64,000 bases of DNA, from assembly GCA_951406725.2 (NCBI GenBank), contig OX597828.1, positions 75,826,001 through 75,890,000 of the forward strand. The letters are read 5' to 3'. The translations under genes were made by a program, and so were the position numbers. The notes beneath the pieces are model-generated. The model had not been told where the DNA came from and searched no databases. It saw nothing but the letters and a program-made list of their open reading frames with translations. Below are positions 12,948 through 27,469 of the stretch, piece by piece. This DNA comes from Octopus vulgaris. Taxonomy: Eukaryota. The first letter of the stretch is position 1. Each line of letters starts with the position of its first letter.

Positions 12948-13812
12948 GCATTGTCAGAAAAAGACTGACCATGTTCCTAGAAGAAAATGACTTGCTTACA
13001 GACACGGAACATAGCTTCCGTCCTGGAAGGAACTGCTTAACACAGCTACTACAGCACTTCGATCAGGTTCTAGAACAACTGGTCAACCATTCAAACGTGG
13101 ATGTAATATATCTCGACTTTGCCACGGCCGTTGACAAAATTGATCACAGGATGATATCTGACAAATTGCCTGACCTCAGTATCACTCGTCGTCTGGGAGA
13201 GTGACTGCATGAGTTCCTGAAGAGCAGATGTCAGGCTGTCACAGCAAATGAGGCTCTCTTCGAAGTGTCACCAATCCTTAGCTGAGTCCACCCCACCCCG
13301 TACTTGGACTACTACTCTCTGTTGTTGCCCTCTCGGATATGCCCTCAACCATAGAGTCAGCCACACTCACTAGCTACGCCGACGATACAAATGAATTGCA
13401 GGCGGTCGAGGATCCTATTGGCACCGTAAGACTGCTCAATGCCCTGAACGCAATATAAGTGGGCTGAGAAGAATAATAGGCAGTTCAATACCGCATAATT
13501 TCAAGCATTCCGCTATTAGCCCATAAACAAACCGAAGTACATCGGACAAGCAGAGCATGTAATCCCAGATTTAGGGTCGATGCGCGACCTGGGACTCCAT
13601 ATGAGCAACGACGCAACTTTTCATGTGCAAGTTGCTCAGATGGCAACATTATGCAGGTGGGTGGCAGGTTGGATCTCTAGATCATTCGGGACACAATGCT
13701 TCTGCTTTGGAGAACCGTTGTCCTCAGTCGTCTAGATTACTGCTCCCAACTTTGGTCACCACAGGGCGTAAAAGTAATTGCGAAACTAGAGGCGATGCAA
13801 TGCCATACAGGC

Positions 13813-13815
<3 letters not shown>
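12948..13815 (+). mobile_element. CR1/L2-group LINE reverse transcriptase fragment (pseudogenised)
   Basis: RIVRKRLTMFLEENDLLTDTEHSFRPGRNCLTQLL..DVIYLDFATAVDKIDH; SYADDT at ~13372; frameshifts and stops downstream. Confidence 0.93.
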
Positions 13816-13873
<58 letters not shown>

Positions 13874-14059
13874 CGTGCACGCACACACAAACACACATAC
13901 ACACACACATGTATATATATATATGCACACATATATACATATAGGTGTTTCTATACGTGGATGGGTACGCACACATCACATATAATATACAAATGTGAAG
14001 TGCGCATAGGCGATATGTAGAAAATTATGATGTATTACGCATACGTAATTCGAAGTGCA

Positions 14060-14351
14060 AGCCTGACTGTGTTAACCGCACAGTTTTGGGTTCAGTCCCA
14101 CTGTGTGACACCTTGAGAAAATGGCTTCCACTATTAGCCGGGCCGATGAAAACTATGCGAGAGGACTCGGTAACAGTAAACTCAAAGAAGCCCGTCATAT
14201 GCATCTATGTGTGCGTGCGTGTGTGCGCGCTTGTGCCTGTATGTATGTGTGTAGGCGCTGGTGTTGGTATGTAGTAAGAAGTTTGTTTTCCAGGCCCACG
14301 GTTCTGGCTTCCGTCCCACTGCGTGGCACCTTGAACAAGCGTCTTCTACCA
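14060..14351 (+). mobile_element. Two partial SINE family A heads in tandem
   Basis: GGGTTCAGTCCCACTGTGTGACACCTTGAG...AAAGAAGCCCGTC and a second GTCCCACTGCGTGGCACCTTGAACAAGCGTCTTCTAC. Confidence 0.8.
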
Positions 14352-16429
14352 GTTAAACATTGAGTGGAATGATTATTCAACATTTTATGTAGGGAACAGT
14401 ATTTAGTAACTTTTACAAAGAAAAAAGAAATTAAGGATCACTTCAAAATTTCGTGTGCATTGAACCTTTCTGCATCTTCCATCGTGAGATTAATGCAGTG
14501 GTGAACCTTTGATTTAATCCATGTAACGTCTACGAAATAAGTTCAGATTCTACTCAGCAGGTATCATGAACTAAGCAGTTATAACAGAAGACATGCATTG
14601 TTGTCAAAGAAACGTGTGCGCGTGAGTATGCGCGTGCGCGTGAGTGAGAGGGAGAGTTTACCATTTGTGACAAAGGAATGGCACACGATAAAAACAACTA
14701 ACAGATGGAACAAACAGAAATATAAGTGGAAAGTAAAAACCTTCATTAGTCATAATTTCCACCCAGTCTTGCGAAAGAGGAGTAGGTTAGAGGTACGCTG
14801 CTAAGTCTCAAGTTAGCAAACATTGGATGTGGTTGTTAAGCAATTGAAGGGAAATATATATTTCAATGTTAGCGATTGGGACGAAGGGAATGCAAGTGTA
14901 TTGAGCATACATCCGTTCAGTGTGCAATAGTGTAATCTATATTATTACGCATAAATTCACACACACACACACACACATACACACAGATATTAGTTTTAGA
15001 TACGTAGGTAGTATTCTTGTTGCAAGATAGGTGATCAGTATTTTTGTCAGGCATGTATGTTGGGAACCCTTCCGAATCTTTCATGTGCTTTGTAGCAAGC
15101 CAGAGTTTAATCACTTGATCCTCTAAAGATGGTAATTGTTTAGGTACAGGTTAGTTACTGTTAAATGTGAGAGCACCATGTATGGAACGTAGTGATATAT
15201 AACCACTTAGATTATTTTAGATGCTTATAGTTTACAACAGATAAAGGACAAATAGCGAGACTGTTTCCCTGATACATGCAACAAGAGTGATTTTATTCTG
15301 CTCAAAGAGACTCGGCTTTCATGTTCTTGTTTAAGAATTTGTTCAAGGTCTTCGTTTATAGAAGTAGGCTGTTGTGAGGTGTTTAGGTTGAATGAAGATG
15401 ATTCCTGTGATCACACATTTAAAGACGCGTAAACATTGATTTTTATCAATAGAGAAATGTGGACCTTGTTAGACGTAATATCAACAAGCAGGTCGTTAAT
15501 TTACACAAAGAAGAGTTTGAGAGGATTAACAGCTGTTTGCAGCACATATGAGTGAATAGAGTTAAGCTTCAACAGTGACAAATAAGTTGTTTTATGCGAG
15601 TTCTGTCTCTGATCTCTCTGTATTACTTTATCCTTTTTCTGTAACTTGCTTTAATAATCATTATCAACCACATAAATTTGACGCACACATCTTGTGTACT
15701 TTCCCAGAAGGCTGCGAGTTGGCGTTGTGGAGAATATTTTGTCAAAATGCCATGCGTTAAAACAAGAGAAAGTCATGGACAAGCAAGTTAACTCACCCCA
15801 AATCTCATCCAGGAGTGAAGGACATCGATGTTTCGCCATTATTGTGGCTTAACATTACGTACACGTATTGTCTACCACGCAGCCTATCTGAAAATACAAT
15901 ACACAAAGCGCATACGTAAAGTATTTGTGCTCGATAATGTTTATTGCATTGGCGCTGCTTCTATTTCCTATTTCTCTTAATAATGTTAACAGAGTACTTG
16001 TTATTTGTGCTATCTAATCCCATTTCTTCCAACAAAAGACGTTTACTATAATAGTCACTATGTTAGGAACACGACCAGTATTTTCGATGGAGAGATAGAT
16101 TAGTCGACCAACCAAATAACCAGATACATGGCTAGTACCATATTTTACAGGTCCCTGGTTGATTGAAGGTAAGCTTGACCAACACAAGATTTATAGGAAG
16201 AACCTTAGGATACTAAAGATAATGCTGTACAATTTTGTGATGCTGTAATCATTCTGCAATGCACCTTCCCTTTTTCTGTCTGACGACCAGCCTTTAAATT
16301 TAGCTCAGGAAAATGCCTGTGATTAATGTCTAGTTGTCCGAATACATTTATTCTACAGCTTTCTACCCTACCAACGTAATCATTGCAGTTTTAATACAAG
16401 TCATTATCTGTGATTGGTTTCATAATGTC

Positions 16430-17290
16430 TAAGGAAGTCTACCTCAAACTCTTCAAGATATCCCTGGAGTAGATTATGAATGATGTCCTGAAAGGTAGTA
16501 AGTATCGGATAGAGGAACGTTAGAAAACTAAGATTTTCTTATGCCATTGATGGGCTAGTAAGGAAGATGAACTGACTAAATTAGTCAGCTGTCTTGAGAG
16601 AATCTCAACAGAGTTTGGGTGGGCAATCCACATCGCAAAATAACAAAAGCAAATACCAAACTCGTGACAAATACCAAGGGTGCTACGACAAAAGATATTC
16701 CCTGAATAAAGACAGAAATGAGAGTACAGTATATCGAAAATCTAGCTGCAATTATTAATGATAAAGAGTGAACGGATGAGATCATGGAAGAACCGCACAG
16801 ACAATGACTGCGTCCATCAAACTTGAATCAATATGGAGGGAAGGCGCATCACTATGAACAACAAAACGAAAGTCAAGTGTACACTGATAATTTCCATCTT
16901 CCTGTGTGCACGAGAAATGATCCCTTACAGTAGAGATTCAGAGGAAGGCACAGGAAACGGAAATCTCATACAACAATCTTATAATGCACCACATCATCGA
17001 GCGAGTAAGTGATACTACCCAGTACGACAATGGATTCCAAGAAGGTTTCACTAACAAAGAAAGGTGAAATGGTATGGCTAGCTATATGGCCTTGCAGAAA
17101 CCATTCTTCAAGAAACTGTAACAGGGGAAAAGGGGTGCACAGAGGAAAAGGGGGTCAGTCTACTCCAAGGAATGAATGTGCAAATCGTTAGTGGAGGCCC
17201 TGAGGTCTAGTAAAACACTACGAAATATGGAGGACCCTGGTGAACAGCACGTGACATCGTTGCTCCTAAAATCACATTGAAAGGCAAGGG
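16430..17290 (+). mobile_element. Old RTE-clade LINE ORF2 3' fragment
   Basis: Decayed matches to LFNIFLE.IM, LRF(A)D.IDGL, RTAQT..KLESIWR, LIISIFLCA(C)E. Confidence 0.7.
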
Positions 17291-17744
17291 CACAAGATAA
17301 GACAACCTGCAATATGCCAAGCCCTAACGTATAATATTTATGGTAATTTCTGTGTCCAAACAGTATCACGTTCAAATTTACCTTTCACTATTCCGTAATC
17401 GTTATATACGACTGGATAGTTGTGGACACATTTCTACATTAGACATTATTATATGTTCCTGTTCTTTATACCTTATCACTGAGTGTCAACTTTCATATCA
17501 GTTCTATAAGGATTGCGTGAAGCTGCCATCAGCTTAAATCGAAATTTGAAGCCATTTCTTGTTGTTGTTGGCAAATATGGAAGATAATATAGCAAAACTA
17601 AATGATTTCATGTGGAAATGATTATACATCGCATTAATAAAATGAAACAAACTGTATTACTGCAATACTAGCGTGTATGTGTTTGGGTTTTAACGAATAT
17701 TCTACAAGCACACATATGTATAGGTCACACACACATACATACAC

Positions 17745-17791
<47 letters not shown>

Positions 17792-18614
17792 TATATATAT
17801 GTATGTATTGTGTGTGCGTGTGTCGATGAATAAAATTACGTAACAGAAGTAAGCAGCTGTGTAAATCCATTCAATGAAATCAAAGGTTTGGAAATGAAAA
17901 TCATTCCATATGCATCGCTATTTAATGTATCTCGTCTTATAAAATTATTTTCACACCATTTACTTCAAAATGGCTGAGTCACTGTCACCGACGCTTTCTC
18001 TCTTTCTCATCCACACACACAATTTCGGTTTATGCCCACACAAAGATACACTAACAACACTCTCCACACATACACTTTCACACAGAACCTCACTCACTCT
18101 CTCTGTTCCGTTTTTAGCTTCTCTATGTGGATTCTCTTGTTAATGTCGTAGCCGTTGCTTTTGCTGGTGTTGTAGTTGCTGCTACTGTTGTTAAAATATA
18201 TTAAAGCACCAGCCTGGACCTTTCCATCTCACTTGTGCCTATCATATTGTCTCCTGCCTCCTAACCACTGACTTCTCTCACTGACCATCACTTTCCGCCA
18301 TCACACGAAAAATCTTCAGCTGCTCGATCAACATCGTAGAAATGACAGCTATCTCCATGAGGTTACACACCAGAATATTGATAGAGGAGGGATGTATTCA
18401 CAATAAATAACGCATCCTCATAAAATATTATAATGACAAGATGCTCATGGCAGTGAGTTGAACAACAAAAACACTCGAAGCAGTCCCTGCATCGGCGTTC
18501 AATGTCTTAGAAACAGAAACCAAAACCAAACCTTCCCCATCCAAGGCAACAAGGAATCTCAGTCCGGTATTCGACCTGCAATAAATATTAACAATATCTC
18601 AAATGTCAACTTAC

Positions 18615-18730
18615 CGTCTTGAAAGCGGAATGATACACTGGGCATTCTATTCCAGATTATACAATACACGGGATGGTCATGACTGAAAGATATTGGATCA
18701 CAGGTCTCCTTGATCAAGGCTGATTCAGTG
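18615..18730 (-). other. Candidate internal exon (116 nt)
   Basis: Acceptor tattttctcttag and donor ACG|gtaagt; single open frame TESALIKETCDPISFSHDHPVYCIIWNRMPSVSFRFQD; no recognisable homology. Confidence 0.3.
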
Positions 18731-19247
18731 CTAAGAGAAAATAACCTTAACAGTAATAACAGCAACTATCAGCCTTGTTTTCTTCACTGCGTTTAATGGC
18801 CATTTATATTCAAAGTATCTGAGGTCGATTTCGTGATTATCTAAGCGGAAGGTCACATTGAAGAGTATAAAAAGGATACTGCTACTGTTGACCTAGACCT
18901 AAATGCAGTATGTGTAATATCCATTCCACAATAAGCTGGAGAGATGGCCACATTGTTTTTTAGCTTCTAGTTTCAAGCTTTATTATAAACTACTGAGAAT
19001 TTAATGTGCTTTTGTTAAGACATCATATATAACTCACTGATACAATATACACACACCATATGTCATTTTGTAAAGTACATAGTTACCGGCAGTTGATATT
19101 TATCGAATACCTGTCAGCAGCAGCAACATAGCGAACCCCACTATCACAGTCTCTACAACCTGTGCCACCTGGAACACCTCTACTCGCATTCTCAACACTA
19201 TCCATATTACCTCGACTCCCATCTCAAAAATAAAACTTTATTATTAA

Positions 19248-19440
19248 GGCGGCGATCTAGTAGAACGTTTAACACATGGAACAAGATTGTGGCATTTTTT
19301 ACGCATTGAAGTCAAGTCTTTTGCTTTTCCTCCTCTTGGGGTCATTAAAAATAAAATACTAGTCAAGTACTAAGGTTGATGTAATCGACTTGGCCTCTCT
19401 CCACCAAGTTGCCGGCCTTGCTCCAAAATTTGAAACCATT
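19248..19440 (+). mobile_element. tRNA-derived SINE family B, diverged
   Basis: GGCGGCGATCTAGTAGAACG head and GATGTAATCGACT...GGCCTTG tail, as in the 37004 and 59936 copies. Confidence 0.7.
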
Positions 19441-20544
19441 ATCATCATCATCATCATCATCAAAGTATTGTTTTGAATTTTAAAAACAGTGAAAGAACAC
19501 ATTAGCCAACGTTGTTTTACATAGACACACCGTCTGAATGAACTGGGATCACAACAAATGCACCAATATATATCTGGCACTGGGCTAAACGGCACGATCA
19601 AAATCCATGTAATCATCACCACCATAACTGACCACATAAACCTTAATTGATTACACAACTGCCATCATCATCATCATCATCATCATCTTTATTGTGAATA
19701 ACATTTAGTGCTTATATTACGCCCACCATTATTACCACTTGTGTCGCGAATGCAGAGAAACTCTACCAACTCGACGGGTCTGTTAAACAAAGGACCTAAA
19801 ACTTTTCGAAACAACAGTGCCTTAACGAGAAAGGGGCAGGACAAATTGAATGCTCAAGGTCTAGCTAAATTGTGTTTAGCGTAATAGGCATGTTGATTAC
19901 ATCAGGAAGTCCCCTAGGCCCAGGCCTGCAAGATCTGTGGCTGGACAGCTATAACATCATATGCAATCCGCATTTCCACCAAATGTATGAAAGAAGCAAC
20001 ATCAATCAAGTAATTCAATAGAGTGAAGCATGTTTGCTTTTATACAAGAGATTAAGCCATATATAATGTTTACATGTGTAGAAAATTGATAGGTCATTTA
20101 CTAAGTTGCTGAGCGTCAAGGTTCGTTGTAGATTTGTTCATTCAACCATGGGTATCGTTTATACCAAAAGCTACGAGAGGCTTCAGTGAACTCTAGCAGC
20201 CTCTAGTACATAAGTGTGTGTGTGTGAACAAAAACGTATATCTTCTTATATTGAAGAAAATAGTACAGATCACTCTATGACGTTGCTAGTCACGTCTTTC
20301 ATTAGACAATCCGATCTTGACACACGGGGCTTAAATAGACATGATTTACAAATCTGAAGGATTTAAGGTATTTTGGGAAGATTAATGTAGATTTGATAAT
20401 GTTGTTGGTGGATAACGTTTATGGGAATTTGAGACCTAATTTTGATATGGGAGAGAATCGTTATTAACTGACTCAATGCAGATATTTCCCTCGCGTTGAA
20501 CACAAGCAGCTACTTATTTCTGAGGAATATTAAATCAAATTTCG

Positions 20545-20562
20545 TTCTCTCTCTCTGGGCGG

Positions 20563-20607
<45 letters not shown>

Positions 20608-20717
20608 CACACACACACACACAAACTATTAGAGAGAGAAAGATCCATATACTGATATACATACAAATGCATACAGATATATAAATATATATACACATAC
20701 ATAGGCATATGTATGTA

Positions 20718-20768
<51 letters not shown>

Positions 20769-21010
20769 ATACACACGCAAACATAGGCACATGTATGTAT
20801 ATATTTATATTTATACACAACCATAGGCATATGTATGTTTATATTTATATATATACACATACATAGGCATATGTATATATATATATATATACACACATAC
20901 ATGGGCATATGTGTGTATATACTACATACGCATACAAATATATGTACATGTATTAATATATGCATACATACACGCACGCACACACTCATGTATATACATA
21001 TATATACGTT
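20545..21010. repeat. Compound (CT)n/(CA)n/(TA)n array containing a CATAGGCATATGT minisatellite
   Basis: Direct inspection. Confidence 0.9.
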
Positions 21011-22049
21011 TACATGTATTACGTCCAAATATAAATAAATTAGATGCAGGACTGCGTATTGCAAATTTAATTGCTATAACTCTGTTTTGTAAACGCTCGC
21101 TATCTCACGTACGTATACACACCACAAACGTATACACTCATGCGCATATACATGTCAAAATACATAAGGAACGCTTTGTAAATGACAAATCCACCAAAGC
21201 GATAAGTAAACTCGATTAAGAATGATATAAATTAATATATTTTAGACTAACTGAATTAAGAGAGACTGAATTCGTAACAATTTGTATTGAAACTACAGAT
21301 TTCATTATTCTATCTTTATGCCTATATTATCGACTGGATTGTTTTTCAAAGAGTTCTCAGTGCTGCTGGTGAAGCGTCAACGTAAAAAAAAATTATATAT
21401 TATCACTTAGCGCTATCCGTGACGGTAAATTTTAACTTCTCTTGATTATCTCCCCGTTGATAGCGATTGTATTTGCATGTTTATACAAACTATTTGTTGA
21501 AAGCCAATAAAGTCCCCGTATATACATATTCAAACGCAAGTTATATATGTGTGTGCGTGTGTGTGTGTATTTTGAATATTATCCTGATCGAAGCCCTGTG
21601 TTTTAGACACACGATCTCTCTCTTTCTGGCAAATTAATACAAAACGTAGCTCATGTTTCTACAAACATTTTGAACATACTACCGCCTATCGAGCACGCAC
21701 GCAGTTACGTACGTTCATACCAGGTGTACGAAAAAAGTTAGCTTCAAACAATCCGTAGTAAATATAAAAAAACAAGAAATTTCAGGGACAATATTGGTTT
21801 ATTGAGACGAAAAGTTCTGAATCGTTTTCGCATCGAAGTACAATAAACTGAAAAAAACGACTTTTTAATTTTTACGGTAGGAGAGCAGGATTGCCGGGTG
21901 TGCGGATAAGAACACAAGCGTTACGGGATGGAAGACTGACTGTAGTGTAGCCTGAGGTATATATCTCGCTTGGATATTACCATTTCCGAGGTTTCAGTGG
22001 CTATGAAATATATATAGCCCGGATCTTATATATTCCATTCCGTAACTCA

Positions 22050-22245
22050 TGTATATGTTATTTATTTCCTCTCTCTGTTTATTTCTATGTTCCTTTCTGT
22101 CGAAGAGCGTAGGCTCGAAACGTAAAGAACTTTCTCACTTCTCGAGTGTTAAACTAAAACATCTTTTTGTTGTTTACATCTCTTTGTTGTTTACACACCG
22201 TCTTCATCTTTTGTTTTGTTTTTTTTTCTAAATTCCAACAGTATT
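22050..22245 (+). mobile_element. PLE-type terminal fragment with hammerhead variant (22092-22129), followed by a TA/CA array
   Basis: CCTTT-CTGTCGA-A-GAGC(GTAG)GCTC-GAAA-CG-T-A-AAGA; homologous to 51238-51400 (-). Confidence 0.65.
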
Positions 22246-22869
22246 ATATATATATATAGAGAGAGAGATAGATATATGTAAACACACACATATACACATA
22301 TATATACGCATATACATATATACACATATATACACATATACACATACACGCATATACACATACACACATAGGCACATACACACATATACACATATATATA
22401 CACATGTATATATATATATACACACATATACATATATATATATATACACACACACATATACATATATATATATATACACACATATACATATATATATATA
22501 CACACATATACATATATATATATATGCACATATACATATATATATATGCACATATACATATATATACACATACATATACATATACATGTATATATACAGA
22601 TATACATGTACATATGTATATATACACATATACATGTATATATACATATGTGTATATATACATGTATATATATACATATACATATGTATATATACATATA
22701 TATATACACACATATATATATACACATACATATACACACATACATATACATATACATATATACATATACATATTTTTATATATATATATATACACATATA
22801 CATATATATACACATATATATATATACACATATACATATATATATATATGCACATATACATATATATAT

Positions 22870-22962
<93 letters not shown>
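22245..22962. repeat. Compound (TA)/(CA) microsatellite, ~720 bp
   Basis: Direct inspection; source of the spurious YI/CV ORFs. Confidence 0.98.
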
Positions 22963-22967
<5 letters not shown>

Positions 22968-23239
22968 TTCCCTAATAACACACAATATAAACTGATTGCC
23001 ATCCTCTGCTAATGTTATTCACAATTATGTTGTCCAACCTTTCCTAATATATGTGATTAACAACACTATGTACTCCACATACACAATCTACCATATATAT
23101 TACCTTCGTTATAAATAAACACACCTTACTAATGTAAGTGTGTGTATGTGTGTGTATTCATACATATAAATATATACACACACATGTGTATGTATGTGTC
23201 AGTGTATATGTATGTATAGATATTTGTGTACGTGTATAT

Positions 23240-24600
23240 ATAGATATAAATATTCAATTACACCAGTTTATCCTGGGAATGTTACTCCATATTCCATATT
23301 CTTCTTAGCAGAAATCACTATGCATATATTTTAAACACTCATTAGGATATATATAACTACCAGTACTTGTAACCTAGGTGTATTAAAATACATCTAACAT
23401 GTATAACCCATCATCCCTACATGAGCCAAGATAACCCCCATTGTAACTATAATTAACTCCATGTGGTTACAAAGTTACAATCTTTACAACTTAACAACCT
23501 GATATAATTATAGTAGAACATATGGTTGTTTACGTTCCCTAAGTTATACCCTTATCGTAACATGAATACTTTCTGTTTATATCCAGAACTGATGATGATC
23601 TCAACCTCACTTTTAGTGTCTATGAATGATATACACACCAGTTTTGCAATACACAGTTACCCAACTTCAACTATAGTCTACAAGCCTTACTTACTTTAAC
23701 TCAGACATATCCACATCAACCCTTGTATATCGGACTTTACTCGTAAGCTTGAAATTAGTACACAGACCTACCCACAACGTAATAACACTTCTTAAACGCT
23801 GTTCTGGTATATGATTTAGCTATGCATTTCAGTATGATAATATACTATCAGACTACATTTCTATGATACACCCCTTTTTTGTCTGTTTATCATTCATTTA
23901 GTTTTCAACTAATCGCTTCTCCCTCCAGGGCGCTCGTGCAGATATTTGCCTGTTGATTGGATGTATATCTCTGATATAACTAAATAATCGCTATTCACAT
24001 ACACGTAAGCCAATCCATTAGTAGGGACACACTTGAATATTCACACCTTAAATATTCTTATATTTATATGTATTCTTATAATTATCTGTATTCTTATTTT
24101 ATTTTATTCTTTTCATTTACTGGTCTTGTAATTTATTGATAGTCCTAACAGACCTGAACAGTGGGATTGTTTTTAAATGCTAGCTGACCAATTAGGTTGT
24201 AGGATTGGCTTTGACCTCACCCCACTACGCATAGAGTTATTGGGATCAGGTTTCGTTGAATAAGTAACAAATATTAACATAACATTTGGATTCCCTGAAG
24301 AGAGTTGAGGCTCAACCATTATCCAATCCCTGACCAATATTTTTTCATTCCTGTATATCACTGATGCGATGAGGATAACTTGGAAAATTCTGAGACCACA
24401 TGGTAGAAACGGCCGTAAGGGATTTGTATATGTACACTCATCTATTAGTTTTCATTTCTATCTGTTTACGTATTTATTGGCTGATTTTATTCGTTTAATT
24501 TTACCACTTAAACACATGTTTGTTATCCTTTAATAAATAGATATAATGGAATGTTTACTGGCTGATGTTTGTCGATTTTATATCCTCTCCATTTTCTTAC
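23240..24600 (+). mobile_element. Probable PLE 3' region with hammerhead motif at 24289-24425
   Basis: ATTCC-CTGAAGA-[~104 nt]-GAAA-CGGCCG-T-A-AGGGAT, then a T-rich tail into a TA array; the 5' boundary is uncertain. Confidence 0.45.
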
Positions 24601-24632
24601 TTGCCTACATATATATAAATATATATACATAC

Positions 24633-24668
<36 letters not shown>

Positions 24669-25290
24669 GCATATATATACATACACATACACACACATAT
24701 ATATATACATATATACCTACATATGTCTATATACATATATATATATACACACATATATACATACCTACATATATCTATATACATATATATATACATATCT
24801 ATATATATACATGCATACATATATACATACATATTTACATACAAATGTCACACTGTGCAAATCAGCAGAATATTTCATATGACTAGACAGAACACTTTCA
24901 GAGAGTAACTCTCAATAAACAAACCGAGCCGTTGGCCAGAAAATAGGACTTCAGAAAAGGAAACGACGTGAATTGTTACACGGAATAGCAGCCGGATAAA
25001 GAGAATATTTAAGGCTTAAACGGAAGCAAGAAAGAACAGGATAAGAGAAACGGAACGAAGAATACACCACAACAACTAACAGAGATAAAATGTTAAAAAA
25101 ATAACGAAACGTAGAATTTGAAGACAATCAATGAAATCAAAATACTGACCGATGCAGCAGTTACTATAGACAAACCATTTGAAATTAGGAGATACGAAAA
25201 CAGTTCAGGAACCCAGCCATTAAAGACACGTATAGACTAAGATATAATCAACACGCCTGCGTATGTGAAAGAGAGATATAGAGATATGCT

Positions 25291-25292
<2 letters not shown>

Positions 25293-25352
<60 letters not shown>
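25293..25352. repeat. (GA)n microsatellite
   Basis: Direct inspection. Confidence 0.98.
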
Positions 25353-25355
<3 letters not shown>

Positions 25356-25486
25356 TGAGTACGAAGATAAATATTTCTTGGTTGAAGATTGATGTGGACT
25401 TCACCGTGATGCGTTTCAATATAAATCAATTGACAAAATGAATTCAATATTTTCTTAATTTTCACTGACAAAGTTATATATATATG

Positions 25487-25582
<96 letters not shown>

Positions 25583-25587
25583 TGTGC

Positions 25588-25635
<48 letters not shown>

Positions 25636-25840
25636 CTTTCATCCTTTACTGCTTTCAGTCATTAGACTGCGGCCATGTTGGGGCCCCGCCTTGAATTTAT
25701 AGTCGAACGTATCGACCCCAGTATTTTTTTTTAAGCCTGGTACTTTTCTATCGATCCTCTTTTGCCGAAACGCTATTTTACGGGGACATAAACACACCAA
25801 CACCAGTTTGTCAAACGGTGAAAGTGAGGGACAAATGCAG

Positions 25841-25902
<62 letters not shown>

Positions 25903-26072
25903 ATATATATATACACGACAGGCTTCTTTCAGTTTCCATCTACCAAATCTACTGGCAACGCTTTTGTTGGTCTGAAACTATAGTAGGAGACACCTGCCCT
26001 GGGTGTCACACAGTGAGACTGGACCCGGAACTATGCGGTTGGGGAGCAAGCTTCTTACCACACAGCCATGCA
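25636..26072 (-). mobile_element. SINE family A, full length with internal (TA)n
   Basis: Reverse complement of the family A consensus, from CTTACCACACAGCC to CAGTCATTAGACTGCGGCCATG. Confidence 0.92.
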
Positions 26073-26967
26073 TATACTCAAGCGTATATGTATACGCATA
26101 TCCACACACACACACACATACGTATGTAATAGATTTATTATTGCTACATCACCGAAAACAATGTCTGCTAAAACAAAACTATTTTAAAAGAAGACTACCA
26201 CGCGATCATTCACGATAGACGAACTAACAATATAAAATTATATTTAAATTATATTTTAACACGCGTATAGCTTCTTTTAAAACTCAAGTCAATCAATTTT
26301 TAAAAAATTAAGCGTGTATATGTTCAAGTATGGATGTTTCTCTGTAAATTGGTATATAAATACGTTTCCAAGTAAATGGGTATGTATTTGTATGCCTGTC
26401 AGTCATACAGATTGAGATTTATGTAAATGCGTCTCTGTATATATACTCAGGCACATATATACACGTATACACAAATATGCGGCTTCATTCGTATATGTGT
26501 CTAACACACATCGATCTCTGTGTAGGTGTGTGTTTATGTGTCCTGATGCGTGAGTGCGTTTATGTTAGTTCAAACTTGTAGCTAGCTTTCACACACGTAC
26601 ATTATACATGTATGTGTACACACAAATACATACACACACAGATGTACAAACGTGCGTGTGTGTATGCTTAATAAAAAAGCTTAATTTCTCTACATTAATC
26701 TACAAAGAAATGGTAATTCGCTGGTTTGTGAACAATGCTGATTTGAAATAAATAAGCAAGGGAAAAGTATTATAGTATAGAGGGGGGAAAAAAAAAAAGA
26801 AATGTAGGGATACATTAAGCTCTGCTGTCTATCCGGAACCTGACTATGTTTGTTCAACTCTTGTGGAACGGGACAAGTTCTCTAAAACCTTGTCATAAGT
26901 AGTAGTCGTCCATGAGCGGGCGAAACGTAAGCATTCAGAAGGGATTAGCAAGATCATACACGGTAGC

Positions 26968-27018
<51 letters not shown>

Positions 27019-27019
<1 letters not shown>

Positions 27020-27181
27020 GTGGCTGTGTGGTAAGTAGCTTGCTAACCAACCACATGGTTCCGGGTTCAGTCCCACTGCGTGGCATCTTGGGCAAGTGTC
27101 TTCTGCTATAGCCCCGGGCCGACCAATGCCTTGTGAGTGGATTTGGTAGACGGAAACTGAAAGAAGCCTGTCGTATATATG

Positions 27182-27212
<31 letters not shown>

Positions 27213-27430
27213 ATGTGTTTGTGTGTCTGTGTTTGCCCCCTAGCATTGCTTGACAGCCGATGCTGGTGTGTTTACGTCCCCGTCATTTAGCGGTTCGGCA
27301 AATGAGACCGATATAATAAGTACTAGGCTTACAAAGAATACGTCCCGGGGTCGATTTGCTCGACTAAAGGCGGTGCTCCAGCATGGCCGCAGTCAAATGA
27401 CTGAAACAAGTAAAAGAGTAAAAGAGTAAG
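27019..27430 (+). mobile_element. SINE family A, young full-length copy
   Basis: TGGCTGTGTGGTAAG...GGTTCAGTCCC Pol III boxes, internal (TA)n(TG)n, 3' GGCGGTGCTCCAGCATGGCCGC hairpin and (GTAAAAGA)n tail. Confidence 0.95.
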
Positions 27431-27469
27431 AGTATATACATATACATACAATTGTATATATATAGATAT

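Noticed and set aside
20080-20430. Possible GIY-YIG relic on the minus strand (KDVTSNVI)
   Set aside because: Similarity is too weak to call by eye.
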